NCBI GenBank assembly: GCA_964016885.1
Contig: OZ024746.1
Location: 17,236,001-17,300,000 of the forward strand
DNA length: 64,000 nt
Source: Eledone cirrhosa
Lineage: Eukaryota
Direction of reading: 5' to 3'
Shown here in pieces: positions 29,163-44,728 of this stretch. The translations under genes and the position numbers were made by a program. Each line of letters starts with the position of its first letter. The stretch's first letter is position 1. The notes beneath the pieces were generated by a model. The model worked only from the letters and a program-made list of their open reading frames with translations. It was not told the origin of the DNA and did not search any database.

Positions 29163-29501
29163 AGATAGATAAAGAAGAATCAAAGTGTTACAGCATAAGT
29201 ACAAACTTTATTGGCAGATTTCAATTGTTTTGATATCAATCAGCTCAAGGTAAAATTAAGATGATACAACCCAACTCTTTTTCGACATCTCTCGGATATG
29301 CAAGTTTATATGTGCAAGGACACATCTAAACTGTTTAGATGTGTCCTTGCACATATAAACTTGCATATCTGAGAGATGTCGAAAAAGAGTTGGGTTGTGT
29401 CATCTTAATTTTACCTTGAGCTGATTGATATCAAAACAATTGAAATCTGCCAATAAAGTTTGTACTTATGCTGTAACACTTTGATTCTTCTTTATCTATC
29501 T
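29163..29501. repeat. 339-bp near-perfect palindrome (169-bp arms, essentially no spacer)
   Basis: Symmetry centre at 29332 (AAAC-T-GTTT); only two mismatches found by eye; flanked by TA/GA/CA microsatellites. Confidence 0.95.
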
Positions 29502-29549
29502 ATATTCATATATATACATACACACATACACACACATAGTTATGACTTA

Positions 29550-29592
<43 letters not shown>

Positions 29593-32500
29593 CACACATA
29601 TATATACACATACACATAGTTATGACTTACTGTGTATATATATATATATACACACATATATATATATACACATACACATAGTTATGACTTACTGTGTGTA
29701 TATATATATATATACACACACACATATATATACATACATACACATACATATATGAGAGAGAAACAAATAGTCACATACACATATATTCATCCATAAACAC
29801 ATACTCTCAAATGAAGGAAAAAAGAGAGAGACAGACATTTGTAGAACACACATGAAGTCACGAGAGATTTCTAGTATACAACCACAGGTAGAAGGAAGAG
29901 GGAGGGAGTGACTTTATAGATATACAAACAGTAAAACATGCAAAATATGGGAGGACAATTGAAGTGAGTGATACAAAAGAACAGGTGTAGAAACAGGTAG
30001 GTATAATGGAAGTGTTTGGGTGCAGCAAGGGGCACGAGTCCAAGAAGATTATCATGAGTGTGATGTAGTAGAATTCAACAGCCATAGAGAAGAAGAAATG
30101 AGGAGTGGGTGGTAGCAATTAGAGGCAATATAATTTTGCTGAGATGATTTCAGTGGAACAACTGCTGGGATGATGGAACAGCCAGGATTATTGGGTTTGT
30201 GAATGTTAAACTGTGGCCCATCAGATTGGTATTTATTTTAGTTTCATTGGTGTGGTGTGACTGAAAGTTCAAGACTTCCCCATGGATAGGACGTCAGTCC
30301 ACTGTAAGGTTATTTCCCAGCTGCTGCAGTGTTGAGTGGACTGGACCAACATGAAATGAAATGTCTTGCTGATAAACATGTTGCATGGTCTAGGAACAGA
30401 ACACAACATAACACACAATCAGGAGCCCAAGGGATATATTGTAGAGTTGGACAGAGCAAGATATGAATAGCAGAGATAAGTAAAGGGTCACTGTGGTAGA
30501 GGTGGGCCAAGGAAGATTTGGGTAGAAGTGGTGAAAGCTGATCTCAGGATGCTGAACTTCAGAAAGATCATGGAAGGACCTTATTGAAGAGGAGTCATTC
30601 AACCCCTTCAAGCATAGAAAAGAAGTCATAAAAATAATGATTGTCTCTTATGTAAAACATTAGTGACTTCCTTTGTTTTATGAAACTTTCTGTGGACCAC
30701 CAAACCTTTGCAATGGACCATGTTGTGCTTTACTTTCCTAGATAGGCCAGAAGTAGAAATATATGATGTATGGGTGTGCATCTATGTTGGTTCTGTCTGT
30801 AGGAGGGAGAACTGGGAGGAGGGAAAACAGGAGATTTAGGGGCAAACATTGTAAAATAAGCAAAAATAATTAAACATGTGCAAAGAAAAACCCATGCATT
30901 AAAACACACAAATAAAAGAAAATGCATAAACAAGCATTTGAAAGTCATTTTTTCCTGCTAAAGCAGGGTTTGGTCATGCAGGCCTCATGTGTGGCTTCAT
31001 ACTCATCATGGAGTTATTTCTGAGGCCAATGTTTTATGGTCAACACCCTGGTGTCAACCTTTTTAGACACATAACATGCAATGATATGGTGTACCTATTC
31101 TAAACCAGATGCACACATATAAAAATAAAAAGGTAAATATTACAATAAACTTCATGCAGTAAAACAATGTTTGTCATATTAAAACGAAGGAATTTCTTTA
31201 AAGCAACATTAGATATAATCACATAAAATATACCATTTTTAGCATTCCAACATATCACATAGAATTTCTCATATCACATCAAGCATCACAGATGAATGGA
31301 AACAAACAGAATTGTATGTACATAATAATGAAGGGAAAAAAATCATTCACAACCTCATTAAAATTGTTTTATATATATATTGTATTGACATATAACTCCT
31401 GATGGAGTCATAGGTATGCCATAGTGACATATAGCATGTCATGAGCATTTAAAAAAAAGTTGACATCGACAGGATTTGAACTCAGAGAGCAGAGAGTTGG
31501 AACTGATACTGCGAAGTATTCTATCTGACGTTCTAATGACTGCCAATTTGTTGCATATTTTATACATATTACACAAGAGAAAATGTTTACCACAGAGAAT
31601 GGTGGACCAGAAAGTTTTGAAACATCAATAATAATTGTTTCTACATTTGGCACAAGGCCAGCAAATACCCAGTGCATTACTGGTACTTTATTTTATCGAC
31701 CCCGAAAGGATGAAAGGCAAAGTTAACCTCGACGGGATTTGAACTCAGACCGTAATGATGATAAAAAAACCATTGAAAACATTGAGAGAGAAAGAGACAG
31801 ACAGGGTGAGTGAGAAAAAAGAGACAGAGAAGGAGGGAAAGAGAGAGAGATACAGAAGATACAGACAGATAGGGTGAGGAAGAGAGAAAAATAAAATAAA
31901 AACAATTTAGAAATATATGAATTACAGTAAGTTATTCAATAGGATATGGAAATATTGTTTTTCATTTTTTGTTTTCTTTTATATAAATTTTCCCCACCCC
32001 CACTCCCAACTAATTACGGAATGGTTAAGTTTACAGTTTGTAGGCTGAAATATTTTGTTTCTGAAATAATTATTGGGAAGTGATGGATCTTCTGTCAGTT
32101 TTGACAATAAGCATATGGTTGTTTGACAAATTGGACATCCAACTCCGGATTTAACATATAAGTGGTTGAGTATTCCACAGACACAGACAGGTGTACCCTT
32201 AAACTGAATTAGTATGACAATATATGACAAGGCTGCATCTTTGAAATACAGTCCCTTTTGTAGTGTAGTGTAAGTGGTTGAGTATTCCACAGACATTTGT
32301 ACCCAATGTAGTGCACCTGAGCACTGTACACAATAATTTCATTATTATTATAATATAAATTTCAAGTCAAATCAGTGAGACTCAGTATGTGACAAGGCTG
32401 GGCCTTTGAATAAGATACAAAATCCATCTGACAGACTTCTAAACAGTTTCTGCCTACCCAATTTCACTCACAAGTCTATATAGTAAGAACATTTACCCAA

Positions 32501-35459
32501 GATGTTACATACTGAGATTGAACCTGAGGCCTTATGATTGCATAGCAAACTTCTTAACCACTCAACCATACCTACGTCCACAGAATGTGTATTTATATAT
32601 TTGGTTAATTCAGTAATGTTACTTGATAGAGTATGTAGCTTGGAGATGAGAGAGTTGCTCCAGCTGGAGCCACTACTTCTCTAAATCAAGAGATCACAGT
32701 TCTGATATTACAGGCATGCAGTTAGAATGTCTCAGGAAAGAATTGCTGGACAGATTTTATGGGCAAAACCAGGACAGATTTTATGTTTGCTGTATGACTC
32801 ACCTTTCATGTACCAACTCAACCACAAAGATGAAATGAGATAGGTAGACTGAAGTGACTTGTCCAAGATACTTTAATCTACCTGTCCCAGACCATCCATT
32901 GTCTTAACTATACTCAACCTCTACATAACATTTAACAATAGATATGTAAATGATACATAATAGAGATATGTAAATACACTCCTTTATGTTCTCTGACTCT
33001 TGCTAACTGCCTCATTTATTTATGTCTGGACCCAGCTAGTGCTACCATGTAACCAAGCACAACCTGCTTCATGGTCGAGTGGTTAGCAACTAAACTGGTT
33101 TTCCCCTCATCAGACCAGGGTCTAGTGAGGTGGGTTAGTGGAACCCCAGCAGCACACAGTATATAACTGGTTAAAAAGTTATAAATGCACTATCACAAGA
33201 AGGGAAAAGCACATGATGACGATGATGATTTTTTTTTTGGGGGGGGGGGATAAGAAGCAACTAAAGGGGTTGGTGTCAGGAAGGACATCTAGCTTTAAAA
33301 TATTGCCTCAACAAGTCCCATCCAACCCATGCTAGGATGGAGTAATGTATGTAAAAATGATGATGAAGAGATATCATTAATGATGGTAGTAAGCCAGAGT
33401 CAGAGAAAACAATGAAGTTTGACCTGCGACCCGGCAGGTTTTGGTGGTAGGTCCTCATTGAACAGAGCTGAACACCATCTTGCAGGTCTGATCGTCAACC
33501 CTTGTTAAATAGGACTATAGCATGCAGATCAGAGATGCCAAATGGTAGAGGTCAGTTAACGTATCTATATGTCATGGACTTTGCCCTACCATCAGGCAGC
33601 TCTGAGGATCTCATCATCTTTATCATGAGTAGTGATGCCCTGACACTTAAGACTTTACAAAAATATTAAGTCTTAGGACATATTATACCAATTATAAAGA
33701 TAGTAGAGGGTTTAAATGGATGAATGGGTCAGATGATTTTGTAAAAAGTCCTTAAAGGATGGTTTGCATCAGACATGTTTTCATGATAAAGAAAAGAAAA
33801 AAAATTAATGTTTAAAGTGGAGTAAAAACAATGGTTACAGGAGACTTAATATAAATTTACTGTAGATATATAACTACAATTTTTTAATTAGAAGACTCAC
33901 TGTGAAAAGAATGAAGTCTAAACACAACTATTCCTCTGTACACAGAAAATCATTTCAGAAATTACCTTTATGCATTTCTGAGATTTTGTCACTTCATCAG
34001 AAATTATCTACTACTATGATTCTGTATACAAAGAAACATTGTTATAGCAAAGCAGTCCTGCAGGATGTAGAATATAGCTGAAATTATCAGTCAAATTTGC
34101 ATGACATGCATACATTTCACAACCTAATTAATTCAATAAATATTTATGCTACAACACAGAAGATAGAAGATTTAAGGTAAATTTACTGTATCTTAATTAG
34201 AAGCCTTCACTGTGAAAATAACGAAGTATAATCACTTTTTACTATTCCTCTTTACACAGAAAAATATAAGAGAATATCTTACATAAAATTGACCTACTAT
34301 TTTCCAATATATGTTGTGTTATAGCATAAATATTTATTATCCAATACTTACAGGAATACTTTTAGCAGATGTTTCACGGAAATTATAGTGTTATGACATA
34401 AATTGTGTGTAAATTTAGGTGTAAATATTTATAATATATATACAATATATACAATAATATGTACATTTATCATTTTATCATTTTAGCAAACCATTAATGA
34501 TATGTCTTTTAAGGCTTTCAGCAAACTCAACATGTCAACAAACTATGAAGAGTTCTAGGTTCACACCAAACATGTCAGCTCCAATCACTGCTACAGTACA
34601 GTATATTACACTACTCTACTGTAATGTACTGTATTGTGTTTATGGTCAACGTAGCAAACTACTAATGGCTTAGTCCACTTAAATTTATATAAGTTTTGAT
34701 GATTTAGTGTTAAAGAATAGAAACTAATTATAAAATAAAAATATATCTTTTAAAATGAGGCTCCTTAGGGTATGTGGCCCTAAGCTATAGCTTATAGTTA
34801 AGTCCAGCACTGACAGTACCATGATAAAGAAAAGTTTCACTTGTTGAAAAGCAGCAATGCTACTTACTACATGTTTTAGCTTGCAGTGGTGTGGGGAAAC
34901 TGCTCCTTAGTCACAGACATAATAACCACCACTCTAACCTAACCTACCCATACAAGATGTAAGAGAGAGAGTCATTATTTTTACATCCCTTCAGCCAAGC
35001 TTGCATAAGTTGGATAAAGTCCAGAGATTATCTCAGTTTCATAAGGTATTAAGTGACAGAGTACAACACTCTCCCCAGCATTATCACAGGGATAACTCCC
35101 AGCTGACACTTCTGGTACACATTTTCATCTGAGTAAAACTAGAACAAAGTGAGATGAAGGGCTCGTCAGAGGACACAACACCACCCAATCTGGGGAGCAA
35201 ACCTATGTCCTTACACTGGTGAACTAAACACCTTAACCAGCGGGCCACATAACTTCACCATCCTCCAAGTAAATCATTAAAGGGTTTACCACCTTGACTA
35301 TAAAACAACACATAACACAGTATCGAGAGGGTATGAAACTACAACATCCTCACTGAAACGCTGACAATTTAAACCCAACATGAAGTTTATAGCACCTGGC
35401 TAGTTTCATTGATTGGCTTCTCAACAGTCAACCAGGTGTATTTTATGATTAATGGTATG

Positions 35460-35890
35460 AGAGGTTGGTAAGTCTGACAGGTGAGAGGTTGGTCAATCTG
35501 GCAGGTGAGAGAATGTTAGGTCTGGCAGGTGAGAGAATGGTAGGTCTGGCAGGTGAGAGAAGAGGTGGGGTGAGAGAATGTTAGGTCTGGCAGGTGAGAG
35601 AATGTTAGGTCTGGCAGGTGAGAGAATGTTAGGTCTGGCAGGTGAGAGAATGGTAGGTCTGGCAGGTGAGAGAATGGTAGTTCTGACAGGTGAGAGAGGA
35701 GGTAGGTCTGGCAGGTGAGAGAATGGTAGTTCTGACAGGTGAGAGAGGAGGTAGGTCTAGTGGGGTGAGAGAATGGTAGGTCTGGCAGGTGAGAGGTTGG
35801 TCCCCCATCTGGTGAGGGTGAGAGAATGGTAGTTCTGGCTGATGAGAGAGTAGGTCTAGTGGGTGAGAAGGGAGTAGTTCTGGCAGGTAA
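35460..35890. repeat. Minisatellite, about 24-bp unit
   Basis: Repeated GGTCTGGCAGGTGAGAGAATG(T/G)TA. Confidence 0.9.
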
Positions 35891-35979
35891 GAAGTGGTAC
35901 AAGAATTAGTGAAAGTCTTCAAAAAATAAATACTTTTTAGAGTTGTATAATACATATATTTGTCCATTTTGTACTTACA

Positions 35980-37863
35980 TACATTCACACACACACACAC
36001 ATACATACACACACATGCCCATATACAAACATCACATAGATACACATGCCACAAACACACATCACATATATACATACATTACAATCACACATTACATACA
36101 TGTGAAGATGCAGGCATATATACATATATACAATACATACACACACATAAATATGTATATACATACATTACATGCATATATTCATATTTACATACATGCA
36201 TACAAACCCTATACATACATGCAATGCATACATACACATGCATAACATACATACACACAAACATACATACACATATATATATTACATGTATCACATACAT
36301 ACACATACATGCATAAATATATACATGCAAACATACATTACATACATACACATGCATAACATACATACACACAAACATACATACACATATATATATTACA
36401 TGTATCACATACATACACATACATGCATAAATATATACATGCAAACATACATTACATACATACACATACACATGCATAACATACATACACACAAACATAC
36501 ATACACATATATATATTACATGTATCACATACATACACATACATGCATAAATATATACATGCAAACATACATTACATACATACACATACACATGCATAAC
36601 ATACATACACACAAACATACATACACATATATATATTACATGTATCACATACATACACATACATGCATAAATATATACATGCAAACATACATTACATACA
36701 TACACATACACATGCATAACATACATACACACAAACATACATACACATATATATATTACATGTATCACATACATACACATACATGCATAAATATATACAT
36801 GCAAACATACATTACATACATACACATACACATGCATAACATACATACACACAAACATACATACACATATATATATTACATGTATCACATACATACACAT
36901 ACATGCATAAATATATACATGCAAACATACATTACATACATACACATACACATGCATAACATACATACACACAAACATACATACACATATATATATTACA
37001 TGTATCACATACATACACATACATGCATAAATATATACATGCAAACATACATTACATACATACACATACACATGCATAACATACATACACACAAACATAC
37101 ATACACATATATATATTACATGTATACATACATGTATCACATACATACATTACATACATACACATACAGGCATAAATATATGCATGCAAAACATACATAC
37201 ATACACACATGTATGCACCTCATACACATTACATGCATTACATATATACATATAAACAATCATGTACACATACACACATATACATAGATACACATACATG
37301 CATTACATAGATACATACATACATACACATTCATTACATACATGCTTTACATACATACATGCATTACATACATACATGCTTTACATACATACATGCTTTA
37401 CATACATACATGCTTTACATACATACATGCTTTACATACATACATGCTTTACATACATACATGCTTTACATACATACATGCTTTACATACACACATGCTT
37501 TACATACATACATACATGCTTTACATATACATTACATACACACATACATGCATTACATACATACATACATACATACATGCATTACATAAATACATATACA
37601 TGGATTACATACATACATACATTACATACATATATACATACATACATACATTACATTACACACATACATGCTTTACATACATACATGCATTACATACATA
37701 CATATACATACATGCAAAAAAGCAGTACATACATTACACACATATACATGTGAACATAAATTATATACATATATATACACATAACATACACACAATACAT
37801 CATATTCATACATGCAAACATGCAAACATGCAGTATATACATATATATATGTGAATATGCATC

Positions 37864-37906
<43 letters not shown>

Positions 37907-38105
37907 TACACACACACAACATTTACACAAAAATTACATTCATAACACACACAACATATATACATACATTACATTCATAACACACACACATACGGACACA
38001 GAACATACATATGCATACACACACATTCATACATACACACAATACATATATATATACAACACACACACAATACATATATATACACAACATACATACATCG
38101 CACAT
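35980..38105. repeat. CA/TA-rich low-complexity block containing a perfect 120-bp tandem array (about 36235-37125) and a 16-bp array (about 37340-37520)
   Basis: Sequence lines repeat identically every 120 nt; CATGCTTTACATACAT units. Confidence 0.95.
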
Positions 38106-38757
38106 ACTTTTGTGAGAGAGATGAAGGAGACGAGGGTTGGTAGGGAGAGGTCATATATTTAGGGAGTGAAATTTGTCATAAAAACATTGGAATATACAAA
38201 TGATTCCTTTTTAGAATTTCCACAGAAGTCTGTAGAAACAAAAGTATGGACAATCTCCGAGGTTTTTCTTTGAAACAATACAAATGTGATGATGTATTGT
38301 TCCATGACATGGGAAATATCATCATCATCATTGTTATCATTATCATTTTTACCTCCATTTTATTAACGAGTGTCTATTAAGCCGACAATACCATCAGAGA
38401 CTATATAAACGTTATTAATAGTGATATGTTTAGAGTTGTATGTTAGTATAGTAGTGTGAAGGTGTGTGTGGCTTAGTGGTTAGGGTGTTCTGCTCACAAT
38501 CGTAAGGTTATGAGTTCGGTTATGAGTTCGATTTTGAGTGATACTGTTATGTCAATGTGACTTGAGTAAAACTAAAGTATGGAAGGTGGGGAGATGGCAG
38601 GACTGACGTGGATAAGGGAGGGAAAAAAGAAGGGGGATATTGGTAGGAAGAGGAGAACTTAAGTGTTGATATAATTCTCAGCCTTTAAAACAACCATCCC
38701 CTCCCCATATATAATACACACATCTATATATATACACACACAAACACACACATATAT

Positions 38758-38920
38758 ATAGTGAAAAGTTAGTGTCCGATAACTGAGCTCATGCCATTGA
38801 AATGGCATAAGCTCAGCCATCGGGCACCAACTATTTACAATACAAACACTCTACTTTCCTATCTATTGAGTACTTAGCCGAACATGGTCTTACTGGTCTA
38901 AACTGGTAACTCCTAATCTC
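38758..38920. repeat. Foldback element (GAGTACT family)
   Basis: Hairpin GTGTCCGATAACTGAGCTCATGCCAT / ATGGCATAAGCTCAGCCATCGGGCAC followed by CTCTACT...TATTGAGTACT. Confidence 0.75.
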
Positions 38921-40579
38921 TATATATGTGTGTGTGTGTGTACAAAGAATAATCTTCAATATACTTGCCTTTGAGGTTGGAAGTTTGTAATGTTTGTGAT
39001 ATGTAAGATAGAGAAGTCTTCAGAGACATACCTAAGGTTTCATTCAACCACCTTTATAATCTACTGTATTCATAAGCAGATGCATAGATATAGATAGATA
39101 GATAGAAAAACGGATAGACGTTGCTTCAGAATGGCCTCAGCTGAATAGTTGGAACAAGTAAAAGAGTAAAAGAGATAGATGAATAGAAAGATAGACAGAT
39201 AGATAGATAAATAAATAAATAGAAAAATAGATAGATGGATAGAAAAATGAATAGAAAGATATATAGATAAATAGATAGATAGATAGAGAATTATATATAT
39301 AAATACATACAAACAACCAAGACTAGAGTTTGAAAAAATATGTTAACATTTCATCTAATGAAAGACATGCCTATGATTTGGAAATCATGTTCAAAATAAT
39401 TGAATATTTATAGAGATTTAGTAATATAATTAAGTTTCTCGTTATTAAGTTGGTGTTTGGAACATAACTTAACAAAGGTTCACATACAATTATGATGAAA
39501 GCTTTTTAGATAAATATAAAAATTTAACAATAAACAATTTGGTATCATAGTATCAAGGGGGTGGTTTGGTATGAAAAGGGTTAAATTAAAGTCAATTTTC
39601 TACATTGAGGTGTAAAACAAAATTGGCATTGATGGAAGTGTTTCACAACCTCAACCTTAGAGGCTCATCAGTCTAGAGCTCATTCCAGGTTTCATGTGAC
39701 ATTAAGAGACTGGCCTACATGTTGCTGTTGTTTAGCCCCAGGTCAGTCCTAATCGAGTTGGCCTACAGGCAGTTGATGTTTAGCCCCAGGCCTACATCCT
39801 ACCAAATTAGAAATGATAGTATAATAGTAGAAGGGGGGATGTAAACTGCTGTTGTTAACAGGTCAAACTATCATGCAGAGAGGGAAGAAGGAGGAGAGAG
39901 AGAGAGAGGGAAGGGAGGCTTTCTCATCCACTCATTTAAAATAGGTTTTAAAGCATTACTTATAATAAAGGAATATAATTCAAATCTGAAAAATAATACA
40001 ATAAGCTAAATAGCCAAGTTAATAAATCATTTAAATATTTAAAATTCCAAATATATATATATATATATATACACCATATTTTTTTGTGTATAATACGACT
40101 TGAGTATAATATAACCCCTGTTTCTGAAGCTAAAAACATCCTTGTGTATGATATAACCCTGGATATAGCGTTGTATAAAGTAAGTCTTTTTTGTAACCTT
40201 ACACATGTTATCAATCTTGATCTCATACATATTTCACTACAATATACAATTTTCCATGATGTTAAAGAATGTAAAACAACCAAATGTTTAGCATTTTGTA
40301 AACAATTGTCATCAACACCTTTTTATATGTAATCTTTTCTTTTGAAATGGGTGTTTTTAAACTCAGTAAACATTTCTGAAAATGTGTCCGACGCCCCCCC
40401 CCCCCCCCCCCCCACTTGCATTTAATTTTAGATTAAAAATTGCTCGTATCATACACGAGAAAATACGATGTCTAAATATGCAACAAACAGAACATACAAA
40501 CCCATTAATGGCCCTAATTCCTTCAACAACCAAGAAAATATCAATAGGTTTGATAATCTTCAAAGGCCAAGTTAGCAAG

Positions 40580-41761
40580 TTATTTTTGGGGTCTTATCTG
40601 TCGTCCATCTCTTATAGATAGTGGTTTGTTTGTTGCATTAGAACTCAGAGCAGTCATTTTTACTGGGTTCTTTTTAGGTTCATTTTTCTTTGGTGGGACT
40701 GTCTTAACATTCTTCTCTCTTCTTTCTAAAGATATTTTTGGTTCATTTTGAATGTTTTTCCTTTGGTTTGGGTTATAAGGGGGTCTTACACTATTCTCTT
40801 TATCTGATATTATTTTCTTTTGAAGATATAATTTCTCTGGTTTATCTTTGTCCTTTTCTAAGGATAATTTTGCAGGTGCTTTGCTGACTCGAGTCTGGTT
40901 TGTGTTCCGAGGTTTCAACACAGCTTTAGATAATCTACTGATAAAGTTTCCAAAAGAAGATCTCCGATCAGATTTCTTTGGTTTGTTGTTATCTGGTGGA
41001 CTTAGCTGTAAAAGAACTGGCATGTCTTGAATTGTACTCACTTCTTTGGCAGTAAGGGTGTGATTCTGTGTTTCCAAATTGAGACTTTCAAGAGTCAATA
41101 AACTTTCTGTTCGTGCAAGAGGTGCTTTCACTATTACACCATTTTCAATCTCACATATTTCCTTATATCTATGCCACTGATCTTGTCCAGAGATGATACT
41201 GTCCGTCATATCACTCCGGCTTCTCATGTGGGTCTTCTTGAAAGGTTTTGAGGAATTTCCTGTATAAGTAGTTCGTCTTGCTCTGGTGAAAGGTGCTGGG
41301 TGGTCTTTAAATGGAAGAGTCTTGGCTGAAATGGAAGTATTAGAAAGAAAATCATGTAAATTTTAGAATATTATTTAAATTAAATAATGCAGATGAAATT
41401 CAAAGATAAAAATGAATTGAGAAGGTAACAATGATAACTTGTGACTATATTTCTGTAACTATGCTTTTGTGACTATATTTCTAATGTTAACTAATAAATT
41501 GTAACAGGGCAAATGTGAGTTCATGAAGTTGCAGTGAAGGCAACCCACCTAGGAGAAATGTGTCTCCAAACAAAAGATGCAGGGAAGGAACTGCCCCATC
41601 TAGGGGAGCACTTAAAAATGACAGTGCAAAGAAGGGCACTTTAATTCCTAATAAGAGAATCATACTGGTGCTTTTGAAAATAATCAAGAATTTGGAAGGA
41701 TTTACCAATATAACTTTCTCGTTATTCATGGCGAAAACCCACAAAAAAAGCTAAGGTAACC

Positions 41762-41797
<36 letters not shown>

Positions 41798-44693
41798 CTT
41801 TGTTGTCATTGTTATCCTCATCATTTATTACAAATTAATTATTAAAATATCAGTAAATAGTATTCCATACCAACGGGAACCTTGTTTTTTTGTGAAATCT
41901 TGAAATCCGTCAACGTTTCATCAAAATCATCGTCATCAACCGGTAACTGTATCTGACTGCCAGCAAAACTGATCCGACTGAAGTTTAGATGATGTTTTGA
42001 AGCATCACCTCGTGCTGGGGTACTGATTAACTGAGAAGGTTTGCCAGTAAATTTCTCAAAGTTACCGCCATGTACTTCTTGAAGAATTCGATCCATTGGA
42101 CCTTTCTTATTTTCAAATGCAGATGAACATGCATCTGAAAGACAGACCAGACAAACAAAACCAAATTTAGACAGAAATTCTTCGTATTATATTTTGAAAT
42201 TGGGAGGGGGAAGCTCTACTCCTCTCACCAAATCACTTTCATTCTTCCTCAACACATGACCAAGCTATCACATTCCATTTCTCTTCACAACATTCAACAC
42301 TGATTTTATTCCCATCATCCTCTTTAATTCATTGTCTGAATCTGATCCCCCATCTCCATTCAATAAACTCAAATAAAAAAAGGACAACACATACTGGCCT
42401 CTAATCCAAACTGAAGAGATAATTTCTTTTTAGTCAGATGACTTTTTATTTCCTTCTTACGATCTTCTGCCAAAGCCTGCTGCTTCTTTAAGAAATGATT
42501 GTCCTGAAAAGGTAGAATTGTCTCAATTATAATAAAGGAAAGTGGATGGCAGTGGTAGAAGTGGATGGCAGTGGTGGAAGTGGATGGCAGTGGTGGAAGT
42601 GGATGACAGCGGTGGAAGTGGATGGCAGTGGTGGAAGTGGATGGTAGTGGTGGAAGTGGATGGCAGTGGTGGAAGTGGATGGCAGTGATAGACTACCTAA
42701 CAATTCCACCCCACCCTGGACTGTTATTATATTTACTGACCCTGAAAAGATGAAATGCAAAGTTTACCATGGTAGGATTTGAACTCAAAGGTGTAGACAG
42801 CTGGACCCTCTAGTCCACCATCACTCTAACTAGGACAACTTACTGCAATACATGAAAACATCCAAATTTATGAGAACCAGAATAGTAGTAGTACTACTAC
42901 TACTGCTACTAATACCACCACCACCACCACTACTGCTGCTACTACTACTGTTACTAATGGTACTGCTACTAATACCACCACCACCACTACTACTACTACT
43001 GTTACTAATGGTACTGCTACTAATACCACCACCACCACTACTACTAATGGTTCTACTACTACTACAGCTGCTACTTAACAAAACCACGACCACCACTACT
43101 ACTGCTACATACTATTACCTCGACCACCACCACTACTACTGCTGCTACATACTATTACCTCGACCACCACCACCACTACTGCTGCTACATACTATTACTT
43201 CGACCACCACCACTACTACATACTATTACCTCGACCACCACCACTACTACTGCTACATACTATTACCTCGACCACCACCACCACTACTGCTGCTACATAC
43301 TATTACCTCGACCACCACCACCACTACTGCTGCTACATACTATTACCTCGACCACCACCACTACTACTGCTGCTACATACTATTACCTCGACCACCACCA
43401 CTACTACTACTACATACTATTACCTCGACCACCACCACTACTACTACTACATACTATTACCTCGACCACCACTACTATTACTTACTGTGCGACACTGCTT
43501 TACTGCTTCAAAGAATGTGTGGAGATCTTGAAGACACTTCTGAAGGTTAAAACTGTCAATGTTTTCACAGAAATAAGCAGCTACTTTCTGAATCAAGGAC
43601 CGTAAATGTCTCAGCCGACTATTGAGTTCACCAAACAATATTTTAACATCCTGTAAAATATTTTTTCATTTTAATTAGGAATTCAAAAGAAAATATGTTA
43701 AACTGTTTGTTATACAAAACCTATAAAATAATAATTGTTTCTACATTAGGCACAAGGTCAACATTTGAAGGGGAGGTAGGAAGCCTATTAAATCGACCCA
43801 GAGCATTACTGGTACTTTATTTTATTGACCCTGTAAAGACGAAAGGCAAATCTAATCTCAGTGAGATTTGAAATCAGAACATAAAATGCTGTTAAAAAAA
43901 ATAGTATAAATAGTTTCTACATTCATCAGAAGGGAAGCAATTGGGAAGGGGTGAATCAAAAGTGGGAGCTTAATTAAATTAACCCCAGTATTTAACTGGT
44001 ACTTTGTTTTATCTACCCCTAAAGGATGAAAGGGCAAAGTTGACGGCAGTGAGATTTGAACTCAGAACATAAAGGACTGTCACTAAATACTGCAAAGCAT
44101 TTAATCCAATTCTGACAATTCTGCCAAGTTTTCGCCCTTATTTTGGAATTAACCAAACATTAATTATCTTTTTAAATGTGAAGAAAATTGAAAAATTTAA
44201 TGTCAACAGTATGTTACTAAGTTGTGTCAAATGTTGTGCTATATTGCATCCTTTCTGCTAATTTGAGGACACAGACAAAGTTGACCTCAGCAGGATTTGA
44301 ACACAGAATGTAGAAAGTTGTAACAAAATACCACAAATCATTTTGTTCAATGCTCTACTCATTCTGCTAATCCACCACCTTTGATGGTTTCTAATTCAGG
44401 CACAAGGAACCAATAATCTGTAGAGAGGAGACAATCAATTACATCGACCCCAGAAAAATAAAAGACAAAGTTGACATCGGCAGGATTTAAACTCAGAATA
44501 TAAAAAGCAAGAACACATGAGCAGTGTATATTGATTGGTTTCAGTCATTAGACTGTGACCATGCTGGGGCACCACTTTAAATGGATTTAGTTGACCATAT
44601 TGGCACCAATACGTAGTTTATCAATTTCTTTTTGTTGAACCAATAAATTATGGGACATAAACACAAACGTAACTACAGACATTATATATACAT

Positions 44694-44728
<35 letters not shown>

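Noticed and set aside
33968-34000. Minus-strand CTGATGA...GAAATGCATA minimal hammerhead candidate
   Set aside because: Stems I and II are too weak to distinguish from chance.
36085-38162. Long His/Thr/Tyr or Val/Cys/Met ORFs
   Set aside because: Artefacts of CA/TA repeats that lack stop codons.
39628-39671. Minus-strand CTGATGA...GAAAC hammerhead candidate
   Set aside because: Stem II does not abut GAAA and there is no stem III/NUH pairing.
42852-43550. ORF with PPPPPP/poly-Leu runs
   Set aside because: Trinucleotide repeat on the antisense strand of a formin intron.
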